From Candidatus Marinacidobacterales bacterium (GTDB taxonomy: Bacteria; Acidobacteriota; Vicinamibacteria; Marinacidobacterales; DATDRI01): DNA of 64,000 nt. The translations under genes were made by a program, and so were the position numbers. The stretch is from assembly GCA_965226495.1 (NCBI GenBank), contig OZ245365.1, positions 5,888,001 through 5,952,000 of the forward strand, in the 5' to 3' direction. Shown piece after piece: positions 28,950 to 39,203 of the stretch (position 1 is its first letter; every line of letters starts with the position of its first letter). The notes under the pieces are model-generated. The model did no database searches. It saw only the letters and a program-made list of their open reading frames with translations, and had not been told where the DNA came from.

Positions 28950-30554
28950 GTGGATCTCCGCATTCTGGTCGCCGACCGGATCTCGCCCGAGGGGATCGAG
29001 ATCCTGAGGGGAGCGGCGCAGGTGGACGTGCGCACTGGGATGAGCGCCCAGGCTCTCGTTGAAGCGTTGCCCAACTATCACGGGCTCGTCGTGCGCAGCC
29101 AAACACAAGTACCCCGGCAGGCTTTGGAAAAAGCTTCCGAGCTTCGTGTCATCGGGCGTGCTGGTGTCGGAGTCGACAATATTGATGTCGAGGCCGCGTC
29201 CGAACACGGCATCATCGTCGTGAATGCCCCCACCGGAAATACCATTTCCGCTGCCGAGCTTACCGTGGCGCTCTTGCTGGCACTGTCCCGTCACGTTGTC
29301 TCCGCGGACAATAGTCTCCACCGCGGAGAATGGAATAGGAAATCCTTTGTCGGAGTGGAAGTCCGTGGGAAGACGGTGGGAATCGTCGGCATGGGCCAGG
29401 TGGGTTCTGCTGTTGCTCGCCGCTTGCGGGCGATGGAGATGGAAGTGCTCGGATTCGATCCGTTCGTTCCCGAAGAGCGCGCCCAGATGTTGGGAGTCGA
29501 GCTCGTGAGCTTGGATAGTTTACTCGGTCGCTCGGACTTCGTAAGCCTCCACTGCGCGCTGACTCCGGACACCAAGCACCTGCTTGGTGAGGAACGACTA
29601 ATGAAAATGAAGCCCGGCGCTCGCTTGATCAACGCGGCTCGTGGAGGCTTGATCGATGAAGCCGCGCTTCTGGCAGCGCTCGAGTCCGGGCATATTGCTG
29701 GTGCAGCGCTCGATGTGTTCGAGGACGAGCCCCCTAAGAAAGATAACCCGTTGCTCAGACATCCGGGGGTCATCACCACTCCCCATTTGGGAGCGTCCAC
29801 CGTCGAAGCCCAAGAGCAGGTGGCGCTCGACGTGGCTCGCGAAGTCGTGCGGGTGCTTTCTGGAAGGCCGGCTACCACTGCGGTGAATGCGCCGGTTCTG
29901 GATCCGGAGACCCTCGCCGCTATCGGTCCTTACCTGCCAGTGGCCGAGATGTGCGGTAGGGTGGCGACGCAGCTCGGCGGCGGCGCGTGGAAGCAGATCG
30001 AGATCGATTACCAGGGAGAGTTGGCGAACTACGACACGACGGCCCTAAAAGCGGCAGCGGTCGCGGGATTGCTATCGACGATCAGCGAAGAGCAAGTCAA
30101 CGTGGTTTCCTTGCAACATGTTTTGACGAGACGAGGCTGGCATATCGAAGAACGCAAAATAGACGATGCGGCTCCTTTTACTGCCCTCGTTTCAGTTCGT
30201 CTCCATGGCCAGAACGGCGAAGCCTGCGTTCGCGGCACTCTAGTCCATGGCGTTCCCCACATCGTTGAGATCGATGGTTTCGAGGTGGACGTCGCCCGGA
30301 GCGCGCTGAGCCATGGGGAAGACTACATCCTCATCGTTGAGAACGAGGATCGTCCAGGACGCGTGGGGGCGGTTGGCAACGCGCTCGGCGAGATGGCGGT
30401 GAACATCTCTCACATGGCGGTGGGACGCCGGGATCCCCGGCAAGCTCGGGAAGCGGTGATGGTCTTGAACATCGACCGTTGCCTGGATGCAGAGGAGATT
30501 CGTTCCGTCGCCACGATACCAGGCATCGAAAAGGTTCTGCAAGTTCGCTTCTAG
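28950..30554 (+). CDS. serA: D-3-phosphoglycerate dehydrogenase
   Basis: GRAGVGVDNID, NAARGG, PHLGAST and ASB/ACT C-terminal domains. Confidence 0.95.
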   Translation: MDLRILVADRISPEGIEILRGAAQVDVRTGMSAQALVEALPNYHGLVVRSQTQVPRQALEKASELRVIGRAGVGVDNIDVEAASEHGIIVVNAPTGNTISAAELTVALLLALSRHVVSADNSLHRGEWNRKSFVGVEVRGKTVGIVGMGQVGSAVARRLRAMEMEVLGFDPFVPEERAQMLGVELVSLDSLLGRSDFVSLHCALTPDTKHLLGEERLMKMKPGARLINAARGGLIDEAALLAALESGHIAGAALDVFEDEPPKKDNPLLRHPGVITTPHLGASTVEAQEQVALDVAREVVRVLSGRPATTAVNAPVLDPETLAAIGPYLPVAEMCGRVATQLGGGAWKQIEIDYQGELANYDTTALKAAAVAGLLSTISEEQVNVVSLQHVLTRRGWHIEERKIDDAAPFTALVSVRLHGQNGEACVRGTLVHGVPHIVEIDGFEVDVARSALSHGEDYILIVENEDRPGRVGAVGNALGEMAVNISHMAVGRRDPRQAREAVMVLNIDRCLDAEEIRSVATIPGIEKVLQVRF

Positions 30555-30591
30555 AAATCTCCTGTCTATCGGGGACTCAACTCCTCCCGCA

Positions 30592-31956
30592 ATGAGAAAC
30601 CTCGGCCACCTGAAGCAGGAATTCAAGCCCATGTTGCAGCTCGCGTTGCCGGTGGTGGCGGCCGAGTTGGGTTGGAACGCCATGGGGATGGTCGATACCC
30701 TGATGGTGGGTCGCATCAGCGCCGAGTCCATTGGTGCCGTCAGCCTTGGGACCGCCCTTTTTCTTGCCGTCGGGATCTTCGGGATCGGGATGTTGCTAGG
30801 GTTGGATACTCTCGTTTCCCAAGCGTTCGGTGCCGGGAAGATCGAAGAGTGCCACCGATCTTTGGTTCACGGCGTGTACCTGAGCTTCATGCTGGCGCCG
30901 TTTCTAACTGGCGTCATTTGGTCGGTCATCCCGCTTCTCTCCCATTTGGGAATGAACCCCGATGTCTTTCCGCTCATGATTCCTTACTTGAAAGCGGTTA
31001 CTTGGAGCATGCTCCCGCTTCTTCTCTACGCCACGTTTCGCCGCTACCTGCAAGGTATGGGTTTGGTCAAGCCGGTCATGGTGGTGCTGGTCACTGCCAA
31101 CCTCGTCAACGTGGCTGCCAACTGGATCTTGGTGTTCGGCAACCTGGGCGCACCCGCAATGGGCGTCGAGGGGGCGGGTTGGGCTACCTGCATCTCGCGA
31201 GCCTATCTGGCGATTGGTCTCATCGGTTACGCATTTTACTACGACCACGTCCACCGAACCGGTCTCTTCCAGACCCCCTTCGGTATCGACGCTGGCCGAT
31301 TTCGTCGTCTTCTCGCGCTCGGTTTCCCCGCAGCACTCCAAATTACACTGGAGTTGGGAGCGTTCGCAGTCGGCACGGTGTTGGCGGGCAAACTGGACTC
31401 GGCATCCATCGCCGCGCATCAAATCGCGATTACTGCCGCGAGTTTTACTTTCATGGTTCCACTCGGCGTATCATCCGCGGGTGCGGTTCGGGTCGGGCAC
31501 GCTCTTGGACGAAAGGATGTGGCGGGTGCAGCGCGCGCTGGATGGGTGGCGTTAGTCATCGGGACCGGGTTCATGACGTGCTCGGCCACCGCCTTTGTGG
31601 TTTTTCCGTCCTACATTCTGAGCGCCTTTACCAACGACGCGGGGGTGATCACAATCGGTGTTTCTCTCCTCTTCGTGGCCGCCTACTTCCAGTTGTTCGA
31701 CGGCGTGCAAATAGTCGCTACCGGGATCATGCGCGGCTCCGGTGACACGCGAACCCCGATGTTCGTCAACTTGGTAGGTCACTGGTTCGTAGGGCTGCCG
31801 GTTGGCTACACGTTGAGCTTCGTGAAGGGCTGGGGAGTGATTGGACTTTGGATTGGCTTTTGTGTCGGCCTGGTGTTCGTTGGAGCCGTTCTACTCGTTT
31901 TCTGGTCGCGACGCGTTCGCTCCCTTCAGCACGAGCTCACGCTTTCTTTTAGCTGA
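30592..31956 (+). CDS. MATE efflux transporter (NorM-like)
   Basis: VDTLMVG, SQAFGA, AAHQI, QLFDG, RGSGDT. Confidence 0.92.
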   Translation: MRNLGHLKQEFKPMLQLALPVVAAELGWNAMGMVDTLMVGRISAESIGAVSLGTALFLAVGIFGIGMLLGLDTLVSQAFGAGKIEECHRSLVHGVYLSFMLAPFLTGVIWSVIPLLSHLGMNPDVFPLMIPYLKAVTWSMLPLLLYATFRRYLQGMGLVKPVMVVLVTANLVNVAANWILVFGNLGAPAMGVEGAGWATCISRAYLAIGLIGYAFYYDHVHRTGLFQTPFGIDAGRFRRLLALGFPAALQITLELGAFAVGTVLAGKLDSASIAAHQIAITAASFTFMVPLGVSSAGAVRVGHALGRKDVAGAARAGWVALVIGTGFMTCSATAFVVFPSYILSAFTNDAGVITIGVSLLFVAAYFQLFDGVQIVATGIMRGSGDTRTPMFVNLVGHWFVGLPVGYTLSFVKGWGVIGLWIGFCVGLVFVGAVLLVFWSRRVRSLQHELTLSFS

Positions 31957-32014
31957 TGGATTTCCGTCCGAGTTCGTTCTATGCTTCACGAGTATTTAGC
32001 GCAGGGAGGGATCC

Positions 32015-33721
32015 ATGGATCGTATTGCAAGACTGATCATATTGGCGCTAGGGCTCGGCGGCTTCAGTGGGTGTGGTGGAAGAGACCAAAGCTCTTCATC
32101 GCAGCCGGCCCAGCATCTAGTCATCCACAACGCTAAGATCCTTACGGTGGACGATAGCTTCTCGATTGCAGAGGCGGCGGCCATTAAGGATGGCGAGTTT
32201 GTCGCTGTTGGGACCGACACCGAGATACTTGCCATGGCGGATCCGAAAACACGAGTGGTGGACCTGGGGGGCCGGACGGTACTCCCCGGCTTCAACGACA
32301 CGCATAGTCATGTAGTCAAGATGGGTCTCAACCTTCCGGCGTCCATCGATCTCACTTCGGTGACGTCCATCGCCGACATTCAAGAGGTCGTTGCGGAGCG
32401 CGTGGCGAGTTCTGAGCCAGGCGAGTGGATCTTTAGTGAGGGTGGTTGGTGGCAGTTCATGCTGGCCGATGGGCGTTTGCCGAACCGCCATGATCTCGAT
32501 CCGGTATCGCCGGACAATCCAGTGGTCCTGCGAGGCGGTCATTACAACATCGTCAACAGCTTGGCACTCGAGCGTCTCGGATATACGAAAGAGACAAAGG
32601 ATCCTCCCGGTGGCGAGATCTGGAAGGACGAGGACGGCGAGCCCACCGGGTTTCTTTTGAAGGCGGCGCACGCCCCCCTGCTCCAATATGTGCCCCAGCT
32701 GACCCGAGAGCAGCAGCTCGGCGGCATCCGTCAGGCAATCCGGCGGGTAAACAGTTGGGGTATGACGAGCTTTCGGGAGGGCGGCGGCACGAGGGAACAG
32801 GTCGAGATGCTCCGTGAGCTCTATGACGAAGGGGAGCTGACCGCCCGCGTGGATTGGTGCTACGACGTCGACCCGAATACACCCGAAGAGGAGGTCGACG
32901 CGGCCTTGGAGGCGCTAGGCCCTCCGGGGGAGACATGGGGTGACGGGATGTTTCGCGCCGACGGGCTTGCCGAGCTGACACTCGACGGCGCGGAGGAGTC
33001 GGCGTTTCTTCGCGGTGGATACAAGGGTCGTCCCGACTATCATGGTGTGCTAGTCGTCCCCCAGGAACAGTTCAACATGTTCGCGGCGGCCGCGGCTCGC
33101 CATGGTTGGCGTCCCGGTCCGCACGTCGTGGGTGACGCGGCTATCGACCTGGCGTTGGAGGCGTTCGAATACGCAAACGCTCAAACTCCTATCGCCGGTA
33201 AGCGTTGGATGCTCGATCACGCGATACTGCTTCAGCCGGATCAATATGACCGCATCAAAGAGCTCGGCTTGATCGTGAACGCGCAGCCCCGGCACAACTA
33301 CATTATTGGAGACAAGTTCACAGAATTTTGGGGTAAGCCACTGGCAGACATGTCTTACCGATTTAGGGACTGGCTGGATAACGGCGTCATGACGACTTTC
33401 GGAGCCGACCGACCCATTTCAGTTCGCTCAACCCCTCTAATGCAGATCGATATAGCTGTTACCCGTCAAACAGGCTGGGGGGGCGTCCTTGGTGCCGATC
33501 AAGGGATCTCCCGCGAGGAAGCCATCCGGGCGATCACGCACCAATCGGCCTACACGAGTTTCGAGGAGGACAAGAAGGGCTCGATCGAGGCGGGTAAGTA
33601 CGCGGATTTTGTGGTTTTGGCCGAGGACATCCTCACCGTTCCGGCCGAGGACATCAACGAAATCGAGGTTGTCGCCACCGTGCTAGCTGGGGAGGTGGTC
33701 TACGGATCTCTAACGCCGTAG
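32015..33721 (+). CDS. Amidohydrolase family 3 (YtcJ-like) lipoprotein
   Basis: Lipobox FSGC; PGFNDTHSH, H..GD.A, KGSIEAGKYAD. Confidence 0.9.
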   Translation: MDRIARLIILALGLGGFSGCGGRDQSSSSQPAQHLVIHNAKILTVDDSFSIAEAAAIKDGEFVAVGTDTEILAMADPKTRVVDLGGRTVLPGFNDTHSHVVKMGLNLPASIDLTSVTSIADIQEVVAERVASSEPGEWIFSEGGWWQFMLADGRLPNRHDLDPVSPDNPVVLRGGHYNIVNSLALERLGYTKETKDPPGGEIWKDEDGEPTGFLLKAAHAPLLQYVPQLTREQQLGGIRQAIRRVNSWGMTSFREGGGTREQVEMLRELYDEGELTARVDWCYDVDPNTPEEEVDAALEALGPPGETWGDGMFRADGLAELTLDGAEESAFLRGGYKGRPDYHGVLVVPQEQFNMFAAAAARHGWRPGPHVVGDAAIDLALEAFEYANAQTPIAGKRWMLDHAILLQPDQYDRIKELGLIVNAQPRHNYIIGDKFTEFWGKPLADMSYRFRDWLDNGVMTTFGADRPISVRSTPLMQIDIAVTRQTGWGGVLGADQGISREEAIRAITHQSAYTSFEEDKKGSIEAGKYADFVVLAEDILTVPAEDINEIEVVATVLAGEVVYGSLTP

Positions 33722-33729
33722 AGCCTGAA

Positions 33730-34659
33730 TCATCCGGGCTGGGCACCGGCGCTCTCCTTCGATTGCTGGACGCGAGTCCCCTGCCGATCGATATCGAGGA
33801 TGAACGTCTTGACTTTGAGCCCCGCGCCTTTGAAGGTCCGTGTCATAGCTCTCGCGATACGCTCATGCCTATCGGGTGCGAAGGCGACAATAGCCGGTCC
33901 CGAGCCGGACAACACAACGGCTCGAGCGCCCGCCTTCCGCGCCGCCGCCATCGCCGCCCCTCCTCCTGGGATAAACCGCAAGCGATGACTTTGGTGCAGT
34001 CGATCCGCCATGGCTAGCTCGAGCAGTTCATAGTCACCGGTTCTCAGCGCCTCGACGGTGAACAGAGCTCGACCCACGTTGAAAACGGCGTCTCGCAGCG
34101 GAACCCGACGCGGCAACGCTCGCCGCATTTCCTTGGTCGAGATTTGGACGAGCGGTAGGGCGACAATGAGCTTGAAGTCTGCCACCCCGACTTGGCGAGC
34201 GATCGCGGTTCCCGAGCCGACGCTCACAAGATTCAAACCTCCGAAAAGAGACGCCGCAGCATTGTCGGGGTGCCCCTCCATGCTGTAAGCCAACTGCAAC
34301 AGATCTTCCTGTTTCAGCTTTTCCCCGGTCATCGCGTTGGCGGCCGCCATCCCTGCCACCACCGCGGCGGCCGACGATCCGAGACCCGACCCCAACGGAA
34401 TTTGATTCGTCACTTCTAACCTGATTCCGGATGGGGCTTTGCCAACGAGATCGAATACCCTTCGAGCCGCCCGCACCATCAAGTTTCTGGCTCCTCGGGG
34501 CAGGCTCGCCGATCCCTCTCCCTCGATCTCGACGCGCACTCCTTGCTTCGCCGGGCTCATGGTGACGGTGTTACAGAGCTTCACTGCGAGGCCGAGACAA
34601 TCGAATCCTGGTCCCAGGTTGGCAGTTGACGCGGGAGCACTAGCGATGACGGGCTTCAT
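33730..34659 (-). CDS. thrB: Homoserine kinase
   Basis: PASTANLGPGFD, PLGSGLGSSAAA, EGHPDN, SGSGP. Confidence 0.95.
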   Translation of the reverse strand: MKPVIASAPASTANLGPGFDCLGLAVKLCNTVTMSPAKQGVRVEIEGEGSASLPRGARNLMVRAARRVFDLVGKAPSGIRLEVTNQIPLGSGLGSSAAAVVAGMAAANAMTGEKLKQEDLLQLAYSMEGHPDNAAASLFGGLNLVSVGSGTAIARQVGVADFKLIVALPLVQISTKEMRRALPRRVPLRDAVFNVGRALFTVEALRTGDYELLELAMADRLHQSHRLRFIPGGGAAMAAARKAGARAVVLSGSGPAIVAFAPDRHERIARAMTRTFKGAGLKVKTFILDIDRQGTRVQQSKESAGAQPG

Positions 34660-35711
34660 GAACCGAGTTTTTTTTCGAGGGCGGTGAAGTCCGCGGGAAT
34701 GGACGGCGGCAAGGGATAGCGGTCGGTGACGATGCCGGGGTCTTTGAGCCCGTGGCCGGTAGCGATACAGACGATCGTCTGGCCATTGACGTCGAGACGT
34801 CCCGCGGAAGTTTCTTGAATGAGTCCGGCGACTCCCGCCGCCGACGCCGGTTCGACCCAAACTCCAAACGAGGCGAGTCGTTCCTGCGCGTCGAGGATCG
34901 CTTCATCGGGAGACGCGATGATACGCCCACCGGATTCCTTCGCTGCGGAGAGAGCCTCTTCGCCGCGAGCCGGTCGTCCGATTCGGATCGCTGTCGCCAC
35001 CGTCGAGGGAGCGTCCACCGGATGGCCTAGAACGAGGGGTGCCGCCCCGGACGCTTGCACGCCGAGCAGTTTCGGTTTGTCGGTACCGTGCACTTCGTGG
35101 TGTTGGCGGAAGCCCTTCCACGCCGCCGTGATGTTTCCGGCATTGCCGACGGGAAGAGCCGTCCAATCGGGCGCGCGCCCCAAGGCTTCGATGATCTCGA
35201 AGGCAACCGTTTTCTGCCCTTCAATGCGGTACGGGTTGAGAGAATTGACCAGGGCCACCGGTAATCGTTCCGAGGCGGTCCGCACCAGGTCGAGCGCCTG
35301 GTCGAAGGATGCTTGAAGCTGCACGATCTCGGCACGATGGGCCAGGGCGCCCGCCAACTTGCCGGCGGCCACGTTGCCTTCGGGAACGACCACGAAACAG
35401 CGGAGTCCCGCTCTTGCCGAGTAGGCGGCAGCGCTTGCCGCCGTATTTCCGGTGCTGGCGCAGATGACGGCTTGGGCGCCACGGTGTACGGCATCCGTGA
35501 TCGCGACCGTCATGCCCCGATCTTTGAACGAGCCAGTGGGGTTGAGGCCCTCGTACTTCAAGTAGACGGCTTCCGCACCGAGCTCGGACGCGAGGTGGGG
35601 AAGGGGGATGAGCGGAGTGTTTCCCTCGAGCAGCGTGACAGGCTCTGCGTCGGTGGAGATTTCGAGCCAATCCCTGTAGCGCGCGATAAGGCCCGGCCAG
35701 ACAGAAGACAT
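34656..35711 (-). CDS. thrC: Threonine synthase
   Basis: EGNTP, NPTGSFKDRG, ASTGNT, EGQKT; translationally coupled to thrB. Confidence 0.93.
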   Translation of the reverse strand: MSSVWPGLIARYRDWLEISTDAEPVTLLEGNTPLIPLPHLASELGAEAVYLKYEGLNPTGSFKDRGMTVAITDAVHRGAQAVICASTGNTAASAAAYSARAGLRCFVVVPEGNVAAGKLAGALAHRAEIVQLQASFDQALDLVRTASERLPVALVNSLNPYRIEGQKTVAFEIIEALGRAPDWTALPVGNAGNITAAWKGFRQHHEVHGTDKPKLLGVQASGAAPLVLGHPVDAPSTVATAIRIGRPARGEEALSAAKESGGRIIASPDEAILDAQERLASFGVWVEPASAAGVAGLIQETSAGRLDVNGQTIVCIATGHGLKDPGIVTDRYPLPPSIPADFTALEKKLGS

Positions 35712-35744
35712 CCCTGCGATTCTAGCAGGTGTCTGACGAACCGG

Positions 35745-36820
35745 TTAGCAGTTCCCGCGCAGTTTGACGCCGGCGTTTGTCCAGAACGCGTACTCCACAC
35801 CGACGAGCGGCGTGACTTTGTCCCGGAGACCGTTGTTGTCGATGTTGAAGAGAAGGTTGAAGTCGATGAGCAGGTTCTCGAACGCGTTCAGCTTGAAGCC
35901 GACGGCGCCGCTCATCTCGTTGAAGGAGTCTTGAGTGAAGACCAAATTCTGGAACCTCGACTGTCCGTTCTGCGCCAAGAACTCCTCGACGCCCACCCGC
36001 GGCGAATCGATGACGTATTGGCCGACGAGATCGACGGCGAACGTGAACCGGGAGCCAAGAGCAAAATCGGCTCCAATGGTGTAGAAGGCTTGATCGGGAA
36101 GGTCACCAGTCTCTCCAGTTGCGGGATCGCCGGCGAGGATACTTTCTCCGTTCCAGCGATAGCCGGCATTAACGTGTGGCGAAAAGGCCCCTGCGGTTGC
36201 GGACCAAACGAGAAACGGTGCGATCCCGGCGGCGCCGGAGCCGAGCAGATCCTCCTCATCGCCTGTAGGGACTCTAAGATCCAAGGCCAGCGAGAGCCCA
36301 TTTCCGCCCGGAGTCCCGCTGACGGCACCCTTGATCCGAACCGTCACATCACCAAGACCGGTCGCGGTCCCAGACGCGGTGAACAATCGTCGCGAACCAA
36401 GGTCGCCGGCTTGGTCTCGGAAAAAGTGGACCTCTGGTTCGACGGTCCCGATCCGCTGCACGGTAGCATCGGAAATCACTGTCAACTCGTTGCTGAGGAG
36501 TGGAATGGCGATGGAGATGTCCAGGCGATCGGTGGCCCCGTAGGTAAGAAAGGCCGTGGACTGGTTTACCTTGGCATTAATGGAGTTGATGGTGGTGACG
36601 ACATCTGCCCGGCCGCCGCCGAGCTCGGAGCCGTCGTGGGTGAAAACCGCGGGGATGTTGTCGAGATCCAAGCCCTCGACGGTGTCAAAAGTGAATTGTT
36701 GAAATGTGAAGCCGAAGGAGAATCGGGCCAGCGCCGATGGTTTCCCAGCGCTCGGCAAGTATCGGTCCGAAGCTTTGGGTGGTGCGGGTAAAGACGCCCA
36801 GGGTCGCGTCGAACTTGGTT
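35745..36820 (-). pseudogene. Outer-membrane beta-barrel protein, 5'-truncated and frameshifted
   Basis: GLGDV, LRVPTGDE..LLGSG, ...GVEYAF. The upstream segment KFDATLGVFTRTTQSFGPILAER lies in another frame, and there is no signal peptide. Confidence 0.7.
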
Positions 36821-36822
36821 TC

Positions 36823-37068
36823 ATGGAGCGCGTCCTGCTTTCTCCATTCTCGTTCGTGCGGCCGTATCGCTGCCCTCTATGCGGCGGCCGACGACTTCGC
36901 TCTGCGCTTCACGCTAGTCGAACAGGAACTCTCGTCTTTCTTCTCACCATCGTCCTCGGTGTCGTAATTGTCCACTTCGTCTGGTTGTTGAGCACCCGGG
37001 CACCAGATCATCCGGGTGTCGGCTACCAGCCCAAAGACATGGAGCGGTTCCATTTCTCGAACCGCTAA
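36823..37068 (+). CDS. Small membrane protein with an RPYRCxxC knuckle, possibly 5'-truncated
   Basis: MERVLLS..RPYRCPLCG followed by a TM helix. Confidence 0.55.
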   Translation: MERVLLSPFSFVRPYRCPLCGGRRLRSALHASRTGTLVFLLTIVLGVVIVHFVWLLSTRAPDHPGVGYQPKDMERFHFSNR

Positions 37069-37256
37069 CCTCGCGGCGACCACCCATTTTCGAGTAAGAC
37101 TTACATTCGAAGGGTAAATCTTTCGCTGGAGCGGATGGGGGTTTCGCACCCCTATGGGCTCGGGCCGGGCCGATATGGGCCTGTTCCTCTTGATATTACG
37201 GGGACATTGCGCGGACGGGGCGCTCGGTCTTGAACGACTGGGGGGAGGGGGACGGA

Positions 37257-37272
37257 TGGCAAAGCTTTTGCT
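37257..37272 (+). promoter_or_regulatory. Putative sigma54 promoter for the VWA-OmpA genes
   Basis: TGGCAAAGCTTTTGCT (GG-N10-GC). Confidence 0.5.
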
Positions 37273-37285
37273 TTGTTGGCAGGTG

Positions 37286-38314
37286 ATGCATCGCTCGCTA
37301 TGGCTCACGCTCTGGCTTATCGGGACGGTAGTGGTCCCCGGCGTCTCTGCTCAAAGTGGGGATGCCAGCGCTAGCGACGATCAAAACCTCCCTTCCGGCT
37401 ATCGCTTCGAAACGTCTGTCGATGCGGTGCACCTTGCCGTCACGGTCACCAAGAAGAACCGCCTCGTCGCCGACCTGAAGGAAAAAGACTTCCGAGTGTT
37501 CGAGGACGGCGTTCCCCAAGAACTAACGTACTTCGCTCGAGGCACTGATTCTCCGGTCGACATATTGCTTCTGATCGATGCGAGCGGCAGCATGGACGTT
37601 GTTTCGAAGGTGGTCAACACCCGCAACGCGGGCATCCAGCTCATTCATAGTCTGGACCCCGAGGATCGGGTGGCGGTGTACACGTTTGACCAGCACCTTT
37701 ATGAGGCGATCGGCTTCACCGAAGACAAAGAGAAGGCTATCGCCAAACTGCAAAAGATCGAGCCTTTCGGCTCCACGGCGCTTTACGACGCGGTGGCTTT
37801 GGCTGCCTCGGAGGTGGAGCACCAAGGCTTCGGCCGCCGCGCCATCGTGGTCATGACGGATGGCGTCGACACCTCCAGTCGCCTGTCGATCGAAGAGGCG
37901 GTGAGTCTTGCCAAGGGAGTCGACTTGCCGGTTTATGGCGTTCGCGTGGTTTCCCCCTTGGATGATCCGTCGAGCGACCGCTACCTGGGAGTTCACGGCC
38001 GAGAGGCGAAGAAGGAAGACGCGCTAGAGCTCTTCAGCAAGGAAACCGGTGGACGGCTCTTCACCGGCAGTGAGATCGGTGCGCTGCGACTGATTGCTCT
38101 ACAGATTCGAGAAGAGCTCAAGACGCAGTACCGGCTTGGATATGTTCCCGCCAACAAGGCGGAGGATGGGAAATTTCGGCAAGTGGATATCGAGGTGCGC
38201 CGCCGGGGTGCCGTAGTGCACGCCCGCAGGGGATATTACGCAAAAAAGCCGAAATCCGAGTCGGAAGCTCTCCTGGATGCGTCACAAGTAAGAGCCGAGA
38301 GCCCCAATGATTAA
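37286..38314 (+). CDS. Exported VWA-domain protein (acidobacterial type)
   Basis: FRVFEDGVPQ, MIDAS motif DASGS, TALYDA, TDGVD, ETGG, QYRLGY; start may be 37256. Confidence 0.9.
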   Translation: MHRSLWLTLWLIGTVVVPGVSAQSGDASASDDQNLPSGYRFETSVDAVHLAVTVTKKNRLVADLKEKDFRVFEDGVPQELTYFARGTDSPVDILLLIDASGSMDVVSKVVNTRNAGIQLIHSLDPEDRVAVYTFDQHLYEAIGFTEDKEKAIAKLQKIEPFGSTALYDAVALAASEVEHQGFGRRAIVVMTDGVDTSSRLSIEEAVSLAKGVDLPVYGVRVVSPLDDPSSDRYLGVHGREAKKEDALELFSKETGGRLFTGSEIGALRLIALQIREELKTQYRLGYVPANKAEDGKFRQVDIEVRRRGAVVHARRGYYAKKPKSESEALLDASQVRAESPND

Positions 38315-38331
38315 TTGAGGAGGAAGTAATC

Positions 38332-38970
38332 ATGTTTCATCAAAATGGTTGGGTTGTTCCAATGTTGGTAACGCTTTTGGCTGCGTCCGGCTGCGCGAGC
38401 AAGGGTTACGTCGGTAAAGAGGTCGGCTCCGTCAACGAGAAAGTAGAGACCCTGAGCGAGTCGGTCGAGAAGAACCAGCAACGGATCGGTCGCAACGAGG
38501 CCGAGCTCAAGCGAGTTGACGCCAAGGCCGGTGAAGCGGGAGAGCTCGCGAATGATGCGAAGGGTGATGCGGCGCGGGCGTACGACGAGGCGCAGCGCGC
38601 GGCCAAGGGCAAGCTACTGTACGAGGTCACGCTCTCTAATGATCAGGTCGCCTTCGATTTCAATGCTGCCTCAATCTCCCCCGAAGCGGAGCAAATCGTG
38701 GGCGAGCTGGCGGAGAAGGTCAAAGCCGACAACCGCCGACTCTATATCGAGGTGGAAGGCCACACCGACAGCAGCGGACCGGAGTCCTATAATGAGCAGC
38801 TCGGACAGCAGCGGGCGGTCGCCGTCCGTGACTACCTCTACCAATCGCAGGGAATTCCTCTGTACGCCATCTCGGTGTTCAGTTTTGGCGAGTCCCAACC
38901 TATCGCTGACAACGGAACCCGGGAAGGGCGAGCCCGTAATCGCCGGGTGGTCATAAAGGTCCTTGAATAA
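38332..38970 (+). CDS. OmpA-family peptidoglycan-binding lipoprotein
   Basis: Lipobox ASGC, coiled coil, EGHTD, NRRV. Confidence 0.92.
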   Translation: MFHQNGWVVPMLVTLLAASGCASKGYVGKEVGSVNEKVETLSESVEKNQQRIGRNEAELKRVDAKAGEAGELANDAKGDAARAYDEAQRAAKGKLLYEVTLSNDQVAFDFNAASISPEAEQIVGELAEKVKADNRRLYIEVEGHTDSSGPESYNEQLGQQRAVAVRDYLYQSQGIPLYAISVFSFGESQPIADNGTREGRARNRRVVIKVLE

Positions 38971-39015
38971 GTAGGTCCTTCCTGATTTCCGGCTCGTTGA
39001 TACGGGCCAGAGGAG

Positions 39016-39064
39016 CCGGCGGACCCCTCCTACGGCGCGCAGGGGTCCGCCGGATTTCTTTTTT
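39016..39064 (+). terminator. Intrinsic terminator
   Basis: 13-bp stem CCGGCGGACCCCT/AGGGGTCCGCCGG followed by a T-rich tract. Confidence 0.75.
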
Positions 39065-39095
39065 GTGCGCTCCCCACCTCCCTGCTAGGATTCTC

Positions 39096-39203
39096 CTAGT
39101 AGCGTTCCAACTCGATTCGCCTAGGAACTGAATAGCCAAGCTCACCCTTGGCGCCTCTGGGCACCGCTGTCGTGCCCAGCGAGCTTAGTTGGAACGACAC
39201 TAG
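39096..39203. mobile_element. MITE-like or structured element bounded by CTAG
   Basis: CTAGTAGCGTTCCAACT...AGTTGGAACGACACTAG terminal IR with nested stems. Confidence 0.55.

Noticed and set aside
25796-31745. Long Arg-rich alternate-frame ORFs (25796-26704, 30672-31745)
   Set aside because: GC-rich off-frame artefacts overlapping clear genes.
35313-36791. 492-aa plus-strand ORF
   Set aside because: Antisense shadow of thrC and the barrel gene, with no recognisable motifs.
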